Positions 25,771-35,890 of a stretch of 44,061 nucleotides of DNA are shown one piece after another (position 1 is the first letter of the stretch; the number at the start of each line of letters is the position of its first letter). The stretch spans positions 1 through 44,061 of the forward strand of contig JBDHQL010000001.1 in the NCBI GenBank assembly GCA_039807035.1, in the 5' to 3' direction. The notes beneath the pieces were generated by a model. It saw nothing but the letters and a program-made list of their open reading frames with translations. It ran no database searches and was not told where the DNA came from. A program made the position numbers and the translations under genes. This DNA is from Chthoniobacterales bacterium (GTDB lineage: Bacteria > Verrucomicrobiota > Verrucomicrobiia > Chthoniobacterales > JACTMZ01).

Positions 25771-26783
25771 GTTCCCGAGGCCAATGGAGCCACGGGGCGG
25801 ATATTGAGTGGGCGAACTTTATCGTAGATACGATCAGCCACCGTCGCGCCGCTCTCGTATCCACGCGTCAGCATTTCTAACTTGGCGTCAAGATTGTCAA
25901 TGTAGTGTAGCGCGACAGCCTCGGGCGTCTTTGGCTGCACAGGCGAACCAAACTCTAATTCCCCATGGTGCGACGCTATGAGATGGAGTAGATGCAAACG
26001 CACATCTTCGCTGCTCGGAGTGAGTTCATTCCAAGTTTCCGATGGTAGTGTTTTCCAGAGCGAGTTAATGAGCTCAATTCCAATGGTGATATGCCCAAGT
26101 AATTCTCCGCGCTCGTCAAAAGGCATAGCAAAGCCGCTTTCTTCCACGCAGTTTTCCCAGAGTTTGCCGCAGTCATGAAAAAGTACTCCCGCAATAAGCA
26201 AGTCGTGATGAAGGTGTACGTTGGCACTGCAAATACCTTCCGCATAGCGCATCATTTGCGCAACGTGTTCCACAAGTCCTCCACGGCGTGCATGATGAAA
26301 AAAACGCGCCGCTGCCGTTCGTCGAAAACGCGTTCCGAATTTTTCCAGAAAAGCCATTCCCAAAGTATGAAGGCGTGGCTCTTGTAAACTTTCGACTTCG
26401 GCGACGATGAAATTGTAATCCACTTCCTGCCGCTCTCGAAGTTCCACCGGTCCCGCAAGGAAGGCGTCCTTTTCTTCACCTTCCAATGCCTGAAAACTCC
26501 AGCGTCGTGCTTCCAGTCCGAAGGTAGGATGCACATGAAACTCACCCTCCAATCGCAAGCAGGCTCCAAGGGCCAAAGATTGACATGCCTCGTAATGTGC
26601 GTTGTCTGTCCACACGCGGAGAACAAAACGATCCAAGGCATCGCAGAGTTGTACCTCTAAAAAAGGTTTTCCATCACGGGATGTTTTTTCCGTCACCGAT
26701 TCCACCAACACCGGCACGATAGCCCGCACCCATCCATTTTTTGCGGTCGTTCGAAGTGCCGAGATTGCGGTTGAGTCGCTCAT
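25767..26783 (-). CDS. OB-fold + HD-domain protein (YhaM/CBF-like 3'-5' exoribonuclease family)
   Basis: The N-terminal OB-like segment VESVTEKTSRDGKPFLEVQLCDALDRFVLRVW is followed by an HD domain (LIAGVLFHDCGKLWE ... LIASHHGELEFGSP). I chose ATG 26783. Confidence 0.7.
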   Translation of the reverse strand: MSDSTAISALRTTAKNGWVRAIVPVLVESVTEKTSRDGKPFLEVQLCDALDRFVLRVWTDNAHYEACQSLALGACLRLEGEFHVHPTFGLEARRWSFQALEGEEKDAFLAGPVELRERQEVDYNFIVAEVESLQEPRLHTLGMAFLEKFGTRFRRTAAARFFHHARRGGLVEHVAQMMRYAEGICSANVHLHHDLLIAGVLFHDCGKLWENCVEESGFAMPFDERGELLGHITIGIELINSLWKTLPSETWNELTPSSEDVRLHLLHLIASHHGELEFGSPVQPKTPEAVALHYIDNLDAKLEMLTRGYESGATVADRIYDKVRPLNIRPVAPLASGT

Positions 26784-26800
26784 AATAGTTTGACGAAAAA

Positions 26801-27739
26801 TTATCCGCCGGACTTGGCGACAGCCTCCCATGCTGCACGCTCTGTGGCGTTGAGTGATGTAGGAAGTTGGACATCAATGACCGCATAAAAATCGCCCCGC
26901 GTTCCGCCCCGCTCCGGCATTCCTTTGCCGGAAATACGAAACTTGCGCCCATTTTGCGTGCCTTGCGGAATCTTGAGTTTTGCCCGTCCATCCAATGTCG
27001 GAATCGCCACCTCGCATCCCAGCACTGCTTTCGAAGCCGCTAATTCTACTTCGTGAATGACGTCGCTGCCTTCGACGGTAAATTCTGGATGACGCTCAAA
27101 ACGCACTCGCAAAAACAAATCACCGGCTCCACCCCCGCCCCGGCCCTCTCCGCCGACACCTGCAAGGCGAATGCGCTGCCCTTCACGAACACCTTTGGGA
27201 ATTTTCACCGTGTAAGTTTCGACCTTCCCCGAACGTCCCCGCGTGAAAGAAATTTGTCGGCTTGCTCCATGCAAGGCTTGTTCCAGCGTCACCATAATAT
27301 CCGCTTCTGCATCTTGCCCGCGTAAGGGAGCTTCTGCCCCGCCAAAGGCACTGCCCGGACGCCCGCCACGCGCCGAGCGTCCAAAAAACTGCTCAAAGAA
27401 ATCGCTAAATCCTGTTCCGCCAAATTGGAACTCTTCCTCAAAACCACCCCCGCCTCTCCCGAATCCACCACCTGCTTGTTGCCAGCCCGGGGGCGGACGG
27501 AACCCACCGCCGGGTTGTTGCCAATCAGGGCCAAGTTCATCGTATTTTTTCCGCTTTTCCGCATCGCCGAGTACTTCGTATGCCTCGTTGATTTCCTTAA
27601 ATTTTTCCTCTGCCGCTTTTTTGTCCTTCGCTAAATCGGGGTGGTGTTGCCGCGCCAGCTTGCGGAAGGCTTTTTTAATTTCGTCAGCACTTGCGGTCTT
27701 AGACACGCCGAGGGTTTTGTAATAGTCGCGGAATTGCAC
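26801..27739 (-). CDS. cbpA: DnaJ-class co-chaperone lacking the zinc finger (CbpA-like)
   Basis: J domain [32 protein letters not shown], a G/F-rich region, and C-terminal DnaJ_C repeats. There are no CxxCxGxG motifs. Confidence 0.82.
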   Translation of the reverse strand: MQFRDYYKTLGVSKTASADEIKKAFRKLARQHHPDLAKDKKAAEEKFKEINEAYEVLGDAEKRKKYDELGPDWQQPGGGFRPPPGWQQAGGGFGRGGGGFEEEFQFGGTGFSDFFEQFFGRSARGGRPGSAFGGAEAPLRGQDAEADIMVTLEQALHGASRQISFTRGRSGKVETYTVKIPKGVREGQRIRLAGVGGEGRGGGGAGDLFLRVRFERHPEFTVEGSDVIHEVELAASKAVLGCEVAIPTLDGRAKLKIPQGTQNGRKFRISGKGMPERGGTRGDFYAVIDVQLPTSLNATERAAWEAVAKSGG

Positions 27740-27838
27740 AGGTAGAAGTTTTACCCACTATAAAATCGTTGTAGCATTTGTCACAACAGATTCCGCCGCT
27801 TGGCATCCGCCCTCCCATCGCGCTACCCTCGCCGAACC

Positions 27839-29110
27839 ATGCTCGATATTCGCTTCATTCGTGAAACTCCGGACGCCATTAAAACCCGCCTCGCTCTTCG
27901 CAGTGCGGAGTTTGCTTCCATGATTGATGAAGTTTTGTCAGTAGATGCCGAACGTCGGGCCAATGAAACGCGCTGGCAGCATTTGCAATCCGAGCGCAAA
28001 CGTCTCAGCAAAGAAATTGGGATGCGTCGCGCAAAAAGAGAAGATAGCACCGCGCTTGAAGACGCGTCGAAAGCTCTCGGAAGTGAAATGGAATCTCTGC
28101 AACAAGCCTCCGCCGCTGCGGAATGTCGTCAGCGTGAACTCCTGCTTTCGATCCCCAATCTTCCCCATGAAAACATTCCCGCAGGCCGTGATGCCTCGTG
28201 CAATCCCGTCCTTCGCACATGGGGCACACCGGCAGCTCCCATTGCCGAAGACCATGTCGCCATCGGCACGCGCTTGGGTTTATTTGATCCCGAGCGAGCG
28301 GCAAAAATAAGCGGCAGTGGCTTTATGTGTTATACGGGCCAAGGAGCACGTTTGGAACGTGCTCTTCTCAATTTTCTTCTCGATCTGCACACGCGCGAGC
28401 ATGGCTATACCGAAATGGCACCCCCTTTGCTTGTGAATCGTGCGACCATGACGGGCACGGGGCAGCTTCCGAAGTTTGAAGCGGATGCCTTTGGCGTCAC
28501 GGATGCCGACCTTTTTCTTATTCCGACAGCCGAGGTTCCGGTGACGAATTTTCATCGCGAAGAAATTCTTGCGGCGGACACATTGCCGCGTCGCTATGCG
28601 GCTTACACGCCATGTTTTCGGCGCGAAGCGGGAGCGACGGGACGGGATACGCGAGGGCTGATTCGTATGCACCAATTCAACAAAGTCGAACTCGTGAAAA
28701 TAACGCTTCCCGAACATTCCGCTGTCGAGCTGGAGAGCCTTACCGCCGATGCCGAGCGCGTGTTGCAACGTCTCGAACTTCCTTATCGCGTCATTGAATT
28801 GTGCGCCGGCGATCTCGGATTTAGTGCCCTTCGCACTTACGACATCGAGGTATGGGCACCCGGGCATGGCGGATGGTTGGAGGTTTCGAGCTGTTCAAAT
28901 TTCGGAGATTATCAGGCACGCCGGATGGCACTGCGTTACAAAGGTGCTGATGGGAAAAATCAATTTTGCCACACCCTCAATGGTTCAGGCACGGCACTCG
29001 CACGTCTCTACGTGGCGTTGCTGGAAAATGGCCTTCAGCCCGATGGATCGGTGCATCTTCCCCCGGCATTGCACGCTTACTTCGGGGTAGAAAAAATTAC
29101 GGCTGCTTAG
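27839..29110 (+). CDS. serS: seryl-tRNA synthetase
   Basis: [10 protein letters not shown]-terminus, coiled-coil arm, and class II motifs (FRREAG...[24 protein letters not shown]). I chose ATG 27839. Confidence 0.93.
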   Translation: MLDIRFIRETPDAIKTRLALRSAEFASMIDEVLSVDAERRANETRWQHLQSERKRLSKEIGMRRAKREDSTALEDASKALGSEMESLQQASAAAECRQRELLLSIPNLPHENIPAGRDASCNPVLRTWGTPAAPIAEDHVAIGTRLGLFDPERAAKISGSGFMCYTGQGARLERALLNFLLDLHTREHGYTEMAPPLLVNRATMTGTGQLPKFEADAFGVTDADLFLIPTAEVPVTNFHREEILAADTLPRRYAAYTPCFRREAGATGRDTRGLIRMHQFNKVELVKITLPEHSAVELESLTADAERVLQRLELPYRVIELCAGDLGFSALRTYDIEVWAPGHGGWLEVSSCSNFGDYQARRMALRYKGADGKNQFCHTLNGSGTALARLYVALLENGLQPDGSVHLPPALHAYFGVEKITAA

Positions 29111-29114
29111 TCTC

Positions 29115-30080
29115 ATGAACAATGTGGATGATCTCCTGCCGCGCTTGGTCGTAAGCCTTGAGGGTATTCCGCGAAATGCACCGGCAATCATGGGAGTTTC
29201 CGGCGGCTGCGATTCGGTCGTTCTTCTCGATCTCCTCCAACGCGCAAATTTTTCACATCTCATTGTGGCGCATTTTCATCATGGTTTGCGCGGGGCAGCG
29301 GCCGATCATGACGCTAAATGGGTGCGAAAATTGGCGAAGCAAAGGGAGTTGTGTTTTGAAAGCGGGCGTGGTGACACGCGTGCTCGAGCGCGAAGGAAAA
29401 AGGAAACTTTGGAGGAAGCAGCACGCACTTTGCGACGTGCTTTTCTTACGCGAGTGGCACGAAAACACGATGCGGCGACAGTTTTTCTCGCGCATCATGC
29501 CAATGATGTTGCCGAGACGATGCTTTTTCATTTAGCCCGTGGCGGTGGAATGCGTGGCTTATCGGCACTGCGAATGCGGGCGCCGCTTCATGCGACAGGA
29601 ATTACCATTGTGAGGCCTTTGCTGCCATTCACCCGCGAAGAAATTGAGAATTACGCAGCAAAATGTCGTCTAACTTTTTGTACGGATGAAACCAACGCAT
29701 CTCCCGCGCACACGCGCAATCGGCTGCGAAACGAAGTCATTCCAACCCTCGCCACCGCCCTGGGTTTTGACCCCATTTTACCTATGGCACGCGCCGGCGA
29801 GATTCTCGCGACGGAAGATGATTGGTTGGAGTCTTTCGTCGCTGCTGATGCGGTTTTGCCAACCATTTCGACGCGCCTATTTTCGACATTCCACCTTGCT
29901 CATCAGCGGCGTCTTTTGCGTGCATGGCTGCGTTATCACATCGGAGCAGAAGTTGATTTCGCCACCATTGAACGTGCGCGACTTTTGGCGATTTCCACAT
30001 CGCCTCCTGCTAAAATAAATCTCCCTAACGACCATCATTTGCGCCGTCGTGCGGGAAAAGTTTTTATCGAAGGCCAATGA
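29115..30080 (+). CDS. tilS: tRNA(Ile)-lysidine synthase
   Basis: PP-loop GVSGGCDSVVLLDLL, the HFHHGLRG motif and the HANDVAET segment. This is the short form (321 aa). Confidence 0.82.
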   Translation: MNNVDDLLPRLVVSLEGIPRNAPAIMGVSGGCDSVVLLDLLQRANFSHLIVAHFHHGLRGAAADHDAKWVRKLAKQRELCFESGRGDTRARARRKKETLEEAARTLRRAFLTRVARKHDAATVFLAHHANDVAETMLFHLARGGGMRGLSALRMRAPLHATGITIVRPLLPFTREEIENYAAKCRLTFCTDETNASPAHTRNRLRNEVIPTLATALGFDPILPMARAGEILATEDDWLESFVAADAVLPTISTRLFSTFHLAHQRRLLRAWLRYHIGAEVDFATIERARLLAISTSPPAKINLPNDHHLRRRAGKVFIEGQ

Positions 30081-31123
30081 ACCCGCGTCATCAAGATGAA
30101 GCATTCATGCGTGAAGCTTTACGATTAGCGCGGCGAGGTGCGGGCAAAACACACCCAAACCCCGCCGTCGGTTGCGTTCTTGTGCGTGGGAAAAAAATCG
30201 TCGGTGCAGGTTGGCATCGGCGCGCCGGGGAACCTCATGCCGAAATTGTGGCATTGCATTCCTTGAAAAAAATCTCCCTCGCTCAAGGGGCGACGGCTTA
30301 TGTCACATTAGAGCCATGCTCAACTTATGGACGAACACCGCCTTGTACGCAGGCGCTGATTGATGCCGGTATTTCTCGCGTTGTTGTGGGCGCAACCGAT
30401 CCCAATCCGCAGCATCAGGGACGCGGATTAGCCGTTCTTCGTCGTGCCGGGGTGATGGTGACGACGGGGGTTCTTACGGAGGAATGTGCGGCACTTAATC
30501 CCGAGTTTTCTTGGGTCATGACATCGGGATTACCATGGGTCATTGCCAAATGTGGCATGTCGCTCGATGGACGATTGACACGTCCCGCCGGCGAGAGTCC
30601 GTGGCTTACATCACCTGCGGCACGAGCGGACGCCATGCGTCTGCGTGCGCGGGTGGATGCGGTTTTGGTTGGGGCTGGAACGATTCGAGAGGATAATCCT
30701 GCGCTTACCGTGCGCGGTGTGCGGCCCTTGGGAGATCCGCCGTGGCGCGTTGTTTGGGCACCGCGTTCTTTGCCACCGGAGAATGCCAACGTTTTTCACG
30801 ATGCGCTGCGTGAGCGTACGCTGGTGATGCGTGATAAAAATTTACGGACTGTACTGAAAAAATTACGAGCGCGAGGAATAATGAAGGTTCTTCTTGAAGG
30901 GGGTGGGCACACATTGGGATGTGCTTTCGATGCACAGCTTGTGCAAGAAGTTGTGTTTTATGTCGCCCCACTCCTCGCCGGAGGAAATGTTCCTGCTGTC
31001 GGCGGACGTGGTGTGAAACACATGGCGCAAGCTGCCCATTTGGAACATCCGAAATATCGTCGCCTCGGCGACTGTTTGCGAATCTCGGGGGTTCTTACCG
31101 CGCCGCATGAAGTTGCGGAGTAG
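30077..31123 (+). CDS. ribD: bifunctional riboflavin biosynthesis deaminase/reductase
   Basis: Deaminase zinc motifs HAEIVAL and PCSTYGRTPPC, followed by the reductase domain (KCGMSLDGRL...). The start overlaps the tilS stop. Confidence 0.9.
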   Translation: MNPRHQDEAFMREALRLARRGAGKTHPNPAVGCVLVRGKKIVGAGWHRRAGEPHAEIVALHSLKKISLAQGATAYVTLEPCSTYGRTPPCTQALIDAGISRVVVGATDPNPQHQGRGLAVLRRAGVMVTTGVLTEECAALNPEFSWVMTSGLPWVIAKCGMSLDGRLTRPAGESPWLTSPAARADAMRLRARVDAVLVGAGTIREDNPALTVRGVRPLGDPPWRVVWAPRSLPPENANVFHDALRERTLVMRDKNLRTVLKKLRARGIMKVLLEGGGHTLGCAFDAQLVQEVVFYVAPLLAGGNVPAVGGRGVKHMAQAAHLEHPKYRRLGDCLRISGVLTAPHEVAE

Positions 31124-31134
31124 GCCGACGGGTT

Positions 31135-31326
31135 TTATTCCGCCTTTTTATTTGGGAAAAACGTGGGGGGATTTTCGGAGGTTCCCAACGGACGCCCATC
31201 CGTCTTTTCTTCGGCGGCTTCTTTTTTGCCGTAGCCGGGAATACTAACGGAAGGTGGGATGCGCTCGCAGGAAGCGGCGAGTGCAACGGTAAGGGCGAGA
31301 GCGAGGAGAAGAAGACGTTGTTTCAT
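31135..31326 (-). CDS. small putative lipoprotein
   Basis: MKQRLLLLALALTVALAASC contains a lipobox-like LAASC. It is a 63-aa ORF following the ffh-rpsP-KH genes on the same strand. Confidence 0.45.
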   Translation of the reverse strand: MKQRLLLLALALTVALAASCERIPPSVSIPGYGKKEAAEEKTDGRPLGTSENPPTFFPNKKAE

Positions 31327-31330
31327 GAGA

Positions 31331-31561
31331 TTAATCCGGAACTACTAACTTCACTTTGCCGCCGTGCTTGGTCGCTGCCGCGTTGAGCAAGCCTCGGATA
31401 GCTTGAATTGTTTGACCGCGTTTGCCGATGATGCGTGGCATATCGCTGCGTGGCGCACGCACCGTAAATACGGCCTTGCCGGCTTCCTCGGAGTGAGCGA
31501 CGAAGACTTCTTCGGGACGCCCGGCGAGGCGGCGGAGGACAAAGTTGAGAAATTCCTCCAT
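31331..31561 (-). CDS. KH-domain RNA-binding protein (YlqC/UPF0109)
   Basis: 76 aa with the IIGKRGQTIQAIRGLL GXXG loop, at the conserved position just downstream of rpsP. Confidence 0.78.
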   Translation of the reverse strand: MEEFLNFVLRRLAGRPEEVFVAHSEEAGKAVFTVRAPRSDMPRIIGKRGQTIQAIRGLLNAAATKHGGKVKLVVPD

Positions 31562-31574
31562 GGCTAATAGCGGG

Positions 31575-31820
31575 TTAAGCGGCCTGCCGCGCTTTTTTGA
31601 CGATACTGCGAACGGTATCGGATAACTGCGCTCCGTTTTTCACCCAATGATCAATGCGGTCGAGATTGACCTGATAATTGGTGCCTTCTTTTTTCGGATC
31701 GTAGGAGCCGATGATTTCGATGAATTTTCCGTCGCGAGGACTGCGTTTATCCGCCACCACAACCTTGTAGTAAGGGCTGTTGCGGGTGCCTTCTCTGCGG
31801 AGTCTGATTGCTACTGCCAT
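31575..31820 (-). CDS. rpsP: 30S ribosomal protein S16
   Basis: [40 protein letters not shown] is a canonical S16 sequence. Confidence 0.93.
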   Translation of the reverse strand: MAVAIRLRREGTRNSPYYKVVVADKRSPRDGKFIEIIGSYDPKKEGTNYQVNLDRIDHWVKNGAQLSDTVRSIVKKARQAA

Positions 31821-31831
31821 ATTGGGTTTCG

Positions 31832-33163
31832 TTAGTTTTGCCCGAGCGTGCCCATGGAGCCGGCTCTGGCCATCATTTTTTTCAATTTGCCCGGGCTTTT
31901 CATGAGTTTCCTCATATCTAAAAACCGCCGCAACAAATTGTTCACTTCGGTGACTGTCGTCCCGCTTCCTTGAGCGACGCGCTGGCGACGGCGGGCGTTA
32001 AGCACATCGGGCCGGCGGCGTTCTTCGAGTGTCATAGACAGGATGATAGCCTCCACCCGGCGCAACTGGTTTAGGTCAACGCCGGAATCTTTTATCTTAC
32101 TCATCCCGGGGATGAGGCCAAGGAGATTTTCTAAGGGGCCCATTCTGCGGATAGCTTTGAACTGGTCGAGAAAGTCATTGAGGTCAAATTGTGCCGTGCG
32201 CAGGCGTTGTTCCAAGCGAGCGGCATTTTCGAGATCAATGTTCTCCGCCGCTTTTTCCACGAGGCTCACCACATCGCCCATGCCGAGGATGCGCCCGGCG
32301 AGGCGATCGGGATGGAAAATCTCAAAAGCTTCCACTTTTTCTCCGGTGCCTGCGAACTTCACCGGACGTCCCGTGACTTCGCGCAGCGAAAGGGCAGCAC
32401 CTCCGCGAGCATCACCATCGAGCTTCGTGAGAATAAGTCCTGTCACTCCGACGGCACCGTGAAACTTCTCGGCGACACCCACGGCTTGTTGGCCCGTCGC
32501 GGCATCACACACGAGGAGACTTTCGTTGGGCTGAACGATTTCCTGAATGTGGCGGAGTTCATCAATGAGACTCTCGTCCAAATCCTGCCGTCCGGCTGTG
32601 TCGTAAATCTCGACGTTTTGATGCTGCGTTTTGGCCCACGCCATGCCATCGCGAACAGCGCGGAGAACATCCTTTTGCCCGGGCTCAGGGCGATGCACAG
32701 GTACGCCAATTTGCTCGCCGAGAACGGCAAGCTGTTCAATGGCGGCTGGGCGTTGAAGGTCGCAGGCAATGAGGACGGGTTGACGTCCCTGCTTTTGGAG
32801 AAAGGCGGCGAGTTTGGCACAGGTCGTTGTTTTACCGGCACCGTTGAGCCCCACGATGAGAATGCGTGCTTGAGGCCCGAGCGTTAAGGGCGCGGATTCC
32901 CCACCGAGAAGCGATGTGAGTTCATCGTGAAAAATTTTAACAATCTGCTGCCCGGGTGTGATGCTGCGGAGTACTTCTTGCCCGAGAGCTTTTTCTTTGA
33001 CGCGGGCGACAAAATCTTTCGCCACCTTAAAATGCACATCGGCTTCAAGTAGTGCGAGACGCACTTCGCGGAGCGCATCATTGACGTTTGACTCGCTGAT
33101 ACGTCCGTGGCCACGGAGGTCTTTGAAGACATCCTGCAATTTATCGGAGAGACGTGAAAACAT
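31832..33163 (-). CDS. ffh: signal recognition particle protein
   Basis: N domain, the SRP54 GTPase motifs ([25 protein letters not shown]), and a Met-rich M domain. Confidence 0.95.
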   Translation of the reverse strand: MFSRLSDKLQDVFKDLRGHGRISESNVNDALREVRLALLEADVHFKVAKDFVARVKEKALGQEVLRSITPGQQIVKIFHDELTSLLGGESAPLTLGPQARILIVGLNGAGKTTTCAKLAAFLQKQGRQPVLIACDLQRPAAIEQLAVLGEQIGVPVHRPEPGQKDVLRAVRDGMAWAKTQHQNVEIYDTAGRQDLDESLIDELRHIQEIVQPNESLLVCDAATGQQAVGVAEKFHGAVGVTGLILTKLDGDARGGAALSLREVTGRPVKFAGTGEKVEAFEIFHPDRLAGRILGMGDVVSLVEKAAENIDLENAARLEQRLRTAQFDLNDFLDQFKAIRRMGPLENLLGLIPGMSKIKDSGVDLNQLRRVEAIILSMTLEERRRPDVLNARRRQRVAQGSGTTVTEVNNLLRRFLDMRKLMKSPGKLKKMMARAGSMGTLGQN

Positions 33164-33297
33164 GAGCGGAGGGAGAGTTTAGCTGAGTAGGCAACTTTCG
33201 CAATCTATGCTCCCGCTCAAGGCGAAATTTTTCGATGATACACGTGACGGAGAGGGAGAAAAATGGAGCCGTGGCACTCTGCTGCCGCTTTCTTGCC

Positions 33298-34395
33298 TCA
33301 ATAAGTTTCCACCGGCGAGCGTTTCCCGTCTTCGACACTGCGTTGCGTCGCGGCCTCTTCGCCGATCGTTGCCACGCGCAATTTCCAAATTTCGCGATTG
33401 ATTTGGGTAAATTTTTCTAAGTCGAAGGCGGTGGGTGGTGCCATTTTGGATTTGAAATCCATCACGCGGGCAAGGGCAGCATCAAGTAGTACCCGTGGTT
33501 GTTTTTCCAGCACGGTATGCGCATCCGGCAACAAATGAGTGCGATGACAAATCATGAGCAAGTCATTGCCCGCCGCTAATCCGAGAGAAAGCATGTCGTC
33601 AAAAGTCGTGGTGTCGAGAATGGCACCCATATCGAGATCATCCGTCATCACGAGCCCGCGAAATCCCATTTCACCGCGCAGGAGGTCGTTGATTACGACG
33701 GGAGAAAGTGACGCCGGACGCATTTGCGGATCAAGTGAGGCGTAATGAATGTGGCCAATCATCATGCTGTCAATCAACGGCGCAAAATGCCGAAACACCG
33801 CCAACTCGTGAGTTTCCATTTCCTCGCGGGAACGGGTGAGCACTGGAAAAGCGTGGTGCGGATCGGCCGAGGCCATGGAGTAACCGGGGAAATGTTTTCC
33901 GCAGCTAAGAATGCCTCCGGCGCGTAGAGCAGTGTTGAATTCTCCGGCGAGTGCGATGACTTGCGCTGCCGTTTTTCCATAGCAACGCCCACGTAGCGAG
34001 TTGTCCGCTTCGTCGTCAAACGAAATGTCTAGCACGGGACAAAGATCGAGATTGAAACCGAAGAGTCGCAAAAGTTCGGCGGTCAATTCGCCATGACGCT
34101 GCACAAGCGCGGGATCGCCTTTATCGCGGAGCTGTTGGGCATTGGGCGGTTCCTCGCCGATGAGTCGAAGACGGGAAACGCGTCCGCCTTCTTGGTCAAT
34201 GGTAATGATCGGTTCCACCACCGAGAGATCCCGCAGATCATCAATTAAGCGGCGCAGTTGCTCCGGCGACGTGATGTTGCGTCCGAAAAGAATAAAGCCT
34301 CCGGGTTGCACACGACGCAGAGAAGCGGCTGTTGCAGAATCGAGCTCCGGCCCCGGAACCCCAACTAAAAGCAGTTGCCCAATATCATTTGTCAT
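33298..34395 (-). CDS. nagZ: beta-N-acetylhexosaminidase (glycoside hydrolase family 3, NagZ-like)
   Basis: GQLLLVGVPG, IDQEGGRVSRL, KHFPGYS and VMTDDLDMGA are GH3/NagZ motifs. I chose ATG 34395. Confidence 0.82.
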   Translation of the reverse strand: MTNDIGQLLLVGVPGPELDSATAASLRRVQPGGFILFGRNITSPEQLRRLIDDLRDLSVVEPIITIDQEGGRVSRLRLIGEEPPNAQQLRDKGDPALVQRHGELTAELLRLFGFNLDLCPVLDISFDDEADNSLRGRCYGKTAAQVIALAGEFNTALRAGGILSCGKHFPGYSMASADPHHAFPVLTRSREEMETHELAVFRHFAPLIDSMMIGHIHYASLDPQMRPASLSPVVINDLLRGEMGFRGLVMTDDLDMGAILDTTTFDDMLSLGLAAGNDLLMICHRTHLLPDAHTVLEKQPRVLLDAALARVMDFKSKMAPPTAFDLEKFTQINREIWKLRVATIGEEAATQRSVEDGKRSPVETY

Positions 34396-34454
34396 GATTA
34401 TCGAAAAAACAGAAACACACACCCAAGGCGATAGAAAAGAATTTTTCAGCGAGG

Positions 34455-34808
34455 GACCGGAATAGGTCGCGCCGTTGGCGCTTAGGGTGTTTGGTGGCCG
34501 AGGAACCTAGGGCGTTGCCCTAGGCTGAGATGGGGGCCGGCCGTTGGCCCTAAGGTATCGCACCCATCGTGAACGTATCCGAATATCCAAACCGGAATGG
34601 TATACAACGTGGCCATATTCAAACATCCACGCTGCAGAGATCTCGTGATGCCATCGTGAACCCACTATCGCCGTGTTTGATGTCCTCGGGGATATGGAAT
34701 CGTGCTCCCCAAAGCGCCAACGGCGCGCCGCCATCCCAGCCTAGGGCAACGCCCTAGGAAATCGTCCATCAACAACCCCGAGGGCCAAAGGCCCGATCCA
34801 TTAATTGG
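34455..34808. repeat. REP/REPIN-like composite element, family B (left of the Y1 transposase)
   Basis: Nested triloop hairpins are present: GCGCC-GTT-GGCGC 34469..34481, CCTAGGGC-GTT-GCCCTAGG 34506..34524, GGCC-GTT-GGCC 34539..34549, GCGCC-AAC-GGCGC 34714..34726, CCTAGGGC-AAC-GCCCTAGG 34740..34758 and GGGCC-AAA-GGCCC 34782..34794. The arms 34506..34553 and 34714..34758 are inverted repeats of each other. Confidence 0.85.
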
Positions 34809-34925
34809 CCATGTTAAACCGTCGTTCATTGCAAATTTTCTCGACGAATAAATTGCATCGTTGGCGCTGGTTTGGATTACGAGGTTGATGCAGAATAGGA
34901 TCGTTGGCCCCAACCAAACATCGCC

Positions 34926-35378
34926 ATGCCCCAATCCCTGAGCCTCGTCATCGTCCACGTCATCTTCTCCACGAAGGAGCGCCGCCCGTTTCTCGACCTA
35001 GATACACGCCTGAAACTTCACGCCTACTTCGCCACCGTCGCTCGGAACGCGGGTTGCGAGGCGTATCGAGTCGGCGGCATGGCGGATCACGTACATCTTG
35101 CGATGCGTTTGCCACGCACCCTCACCATCGCGGATTTGGTGGAGACGTTGAAAACGTCGTCGTCGAAATGGGTGAAAACGCAATCGTCCGATCTTGCGGA
35201 GTTCTCGTGGCAACGCGGCTACGGATGTTTTTCTGTCGGCCCGTCGGATTTGGATTCGTTGCGTGCTTACATTGACGGTCAGGAAGAGCATCACAAGATG
35301 CGGACGTTTCAGGATGAGTTTCGGGTGTTCCTGAAAAAATACGGCGTAGAATACGATGAGGCTTATGTCTGGGATTGA
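34926..35378 (+). CDS. IS200/IS605-family Y1 (HUH) transposase, REP-associated (RAYT-like)
   Basis: 150 aa. SLVIVHVIFSTKERRP, the HUH motif ADHVHLAM, LKTSSSKWV, WQRGYGCFSVG and YIDGQEEHH follow the Y1_Tnp pattern. It is flanked on both sides by family B hairpin arrays. Confidence 0.75.
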   Translation: MPQSLSLVIVHVIFSTKERRPFLDLDTRLKLHAYFATVARNAGCEAYRVGGMADHVHLAMRLPRTLTIADLVETLKTSSSKWVKTQSSDLAEFSWQRGYGCFSVGPSDLDSLRAYIDGQEEHHKMRTFQDEFRVFLKKYGVEYDEAYVWD

Positions 35379-35384
35379 ATGATG

Positions 35385-35874
35385 GTGCGGGCCGTTGGCC
35401 CTTGGGGCGTTGTTGGTCATGGAACCTAGGGCGATGCCCTAGGCTGGGATGGATTGCGCCGTTGGCGCAGGGTGGGCACGTTGGCGTTAAGCCACCGCAC
35501 CTATCGTGCATGTGATTCCTCCGCGATTGATGTCGCCCAAAATCTGGAATCGTGATTCCCAAAGCACCAACGGCGCGCCGCCATCCTAGCCGAGGACAAC
35601 GCCCTGTCGGTGGCCGTAAGGAATCCCACCCATCGCGAATGTATTCGCATATCCAAAGTGCAATGGTATCCAACGTGACCATATGCAAACATTCGCGTCG
35701 AAGAGTTATCGTGGTGCATAGCGTGAATGTATTTCCGTCGTGATTGATGTCGCCCGAAATCTGGAATTGTGATTCTAAAAGCGCCAAGGGTGCGCCGCCA
35801 TCCCAGCCTAGGGCAACGCCCTAGGAAATCGCCCATCCACAACCTCAAGGGCCAACGGCCCGTTCTATCAATTG
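35385..35874. repeat. REP/REPIN-like composite elements, family B (two abutting copies right of the transposase)
   Basis: GGGCC-GTT-GGCCC 35388..35400, CCTAGGGC-GAT-GCCCTAGG 35424..35442, GCGCC-GTT-GGCGC 35455..35467, CCTAGGGC-AAC-GCCCTAGG 35806..35824 and GGGCC-AAC-GGCCC 35848..35860. Segment 35611..35874 aligns at roughly three quarters identity (by eye) with 34550..34808. The 78-nt block 35797..35874 is a direct repeat of 34731..34808. Confidence 0.85.
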
Positions 35875-35890
35875 GTTTTGATCACGACGC

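Noticed and set aside
33164-33297. Possible long-range pairing (GAGCGG.../...CCGCTC) spanning the ffh start region, and small ORFs in the nagZ-ffh spacer
   Set aside because: The stem is short, interrupted and has a loop of about 40 nt. The ORFs are under 70 aa, overlap each other and show no motifs. The support is insufficient.
34507-35848. Several ORFs of 62-221 aa on both strands across the hairpin arrays (for example 35122..35787 -, 35501..35848 -, 34665..34958 -, 34904..35275 +)
   Set aside because: They run through REP-like repeats or lie antisense or out of frame to the Y1 transposase. Their recurring peptide GRCPRLGWRRAVGALG is a repeat translation artefact.
34455-35874. Possibility that the repeated hairpins form a CRISPR array
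   Set aside because: There is no regular repeat-spacer periodicity. The repeats occur in both orientations, are nested and palindromic, and flank a transposase. No cas genes are in the window.
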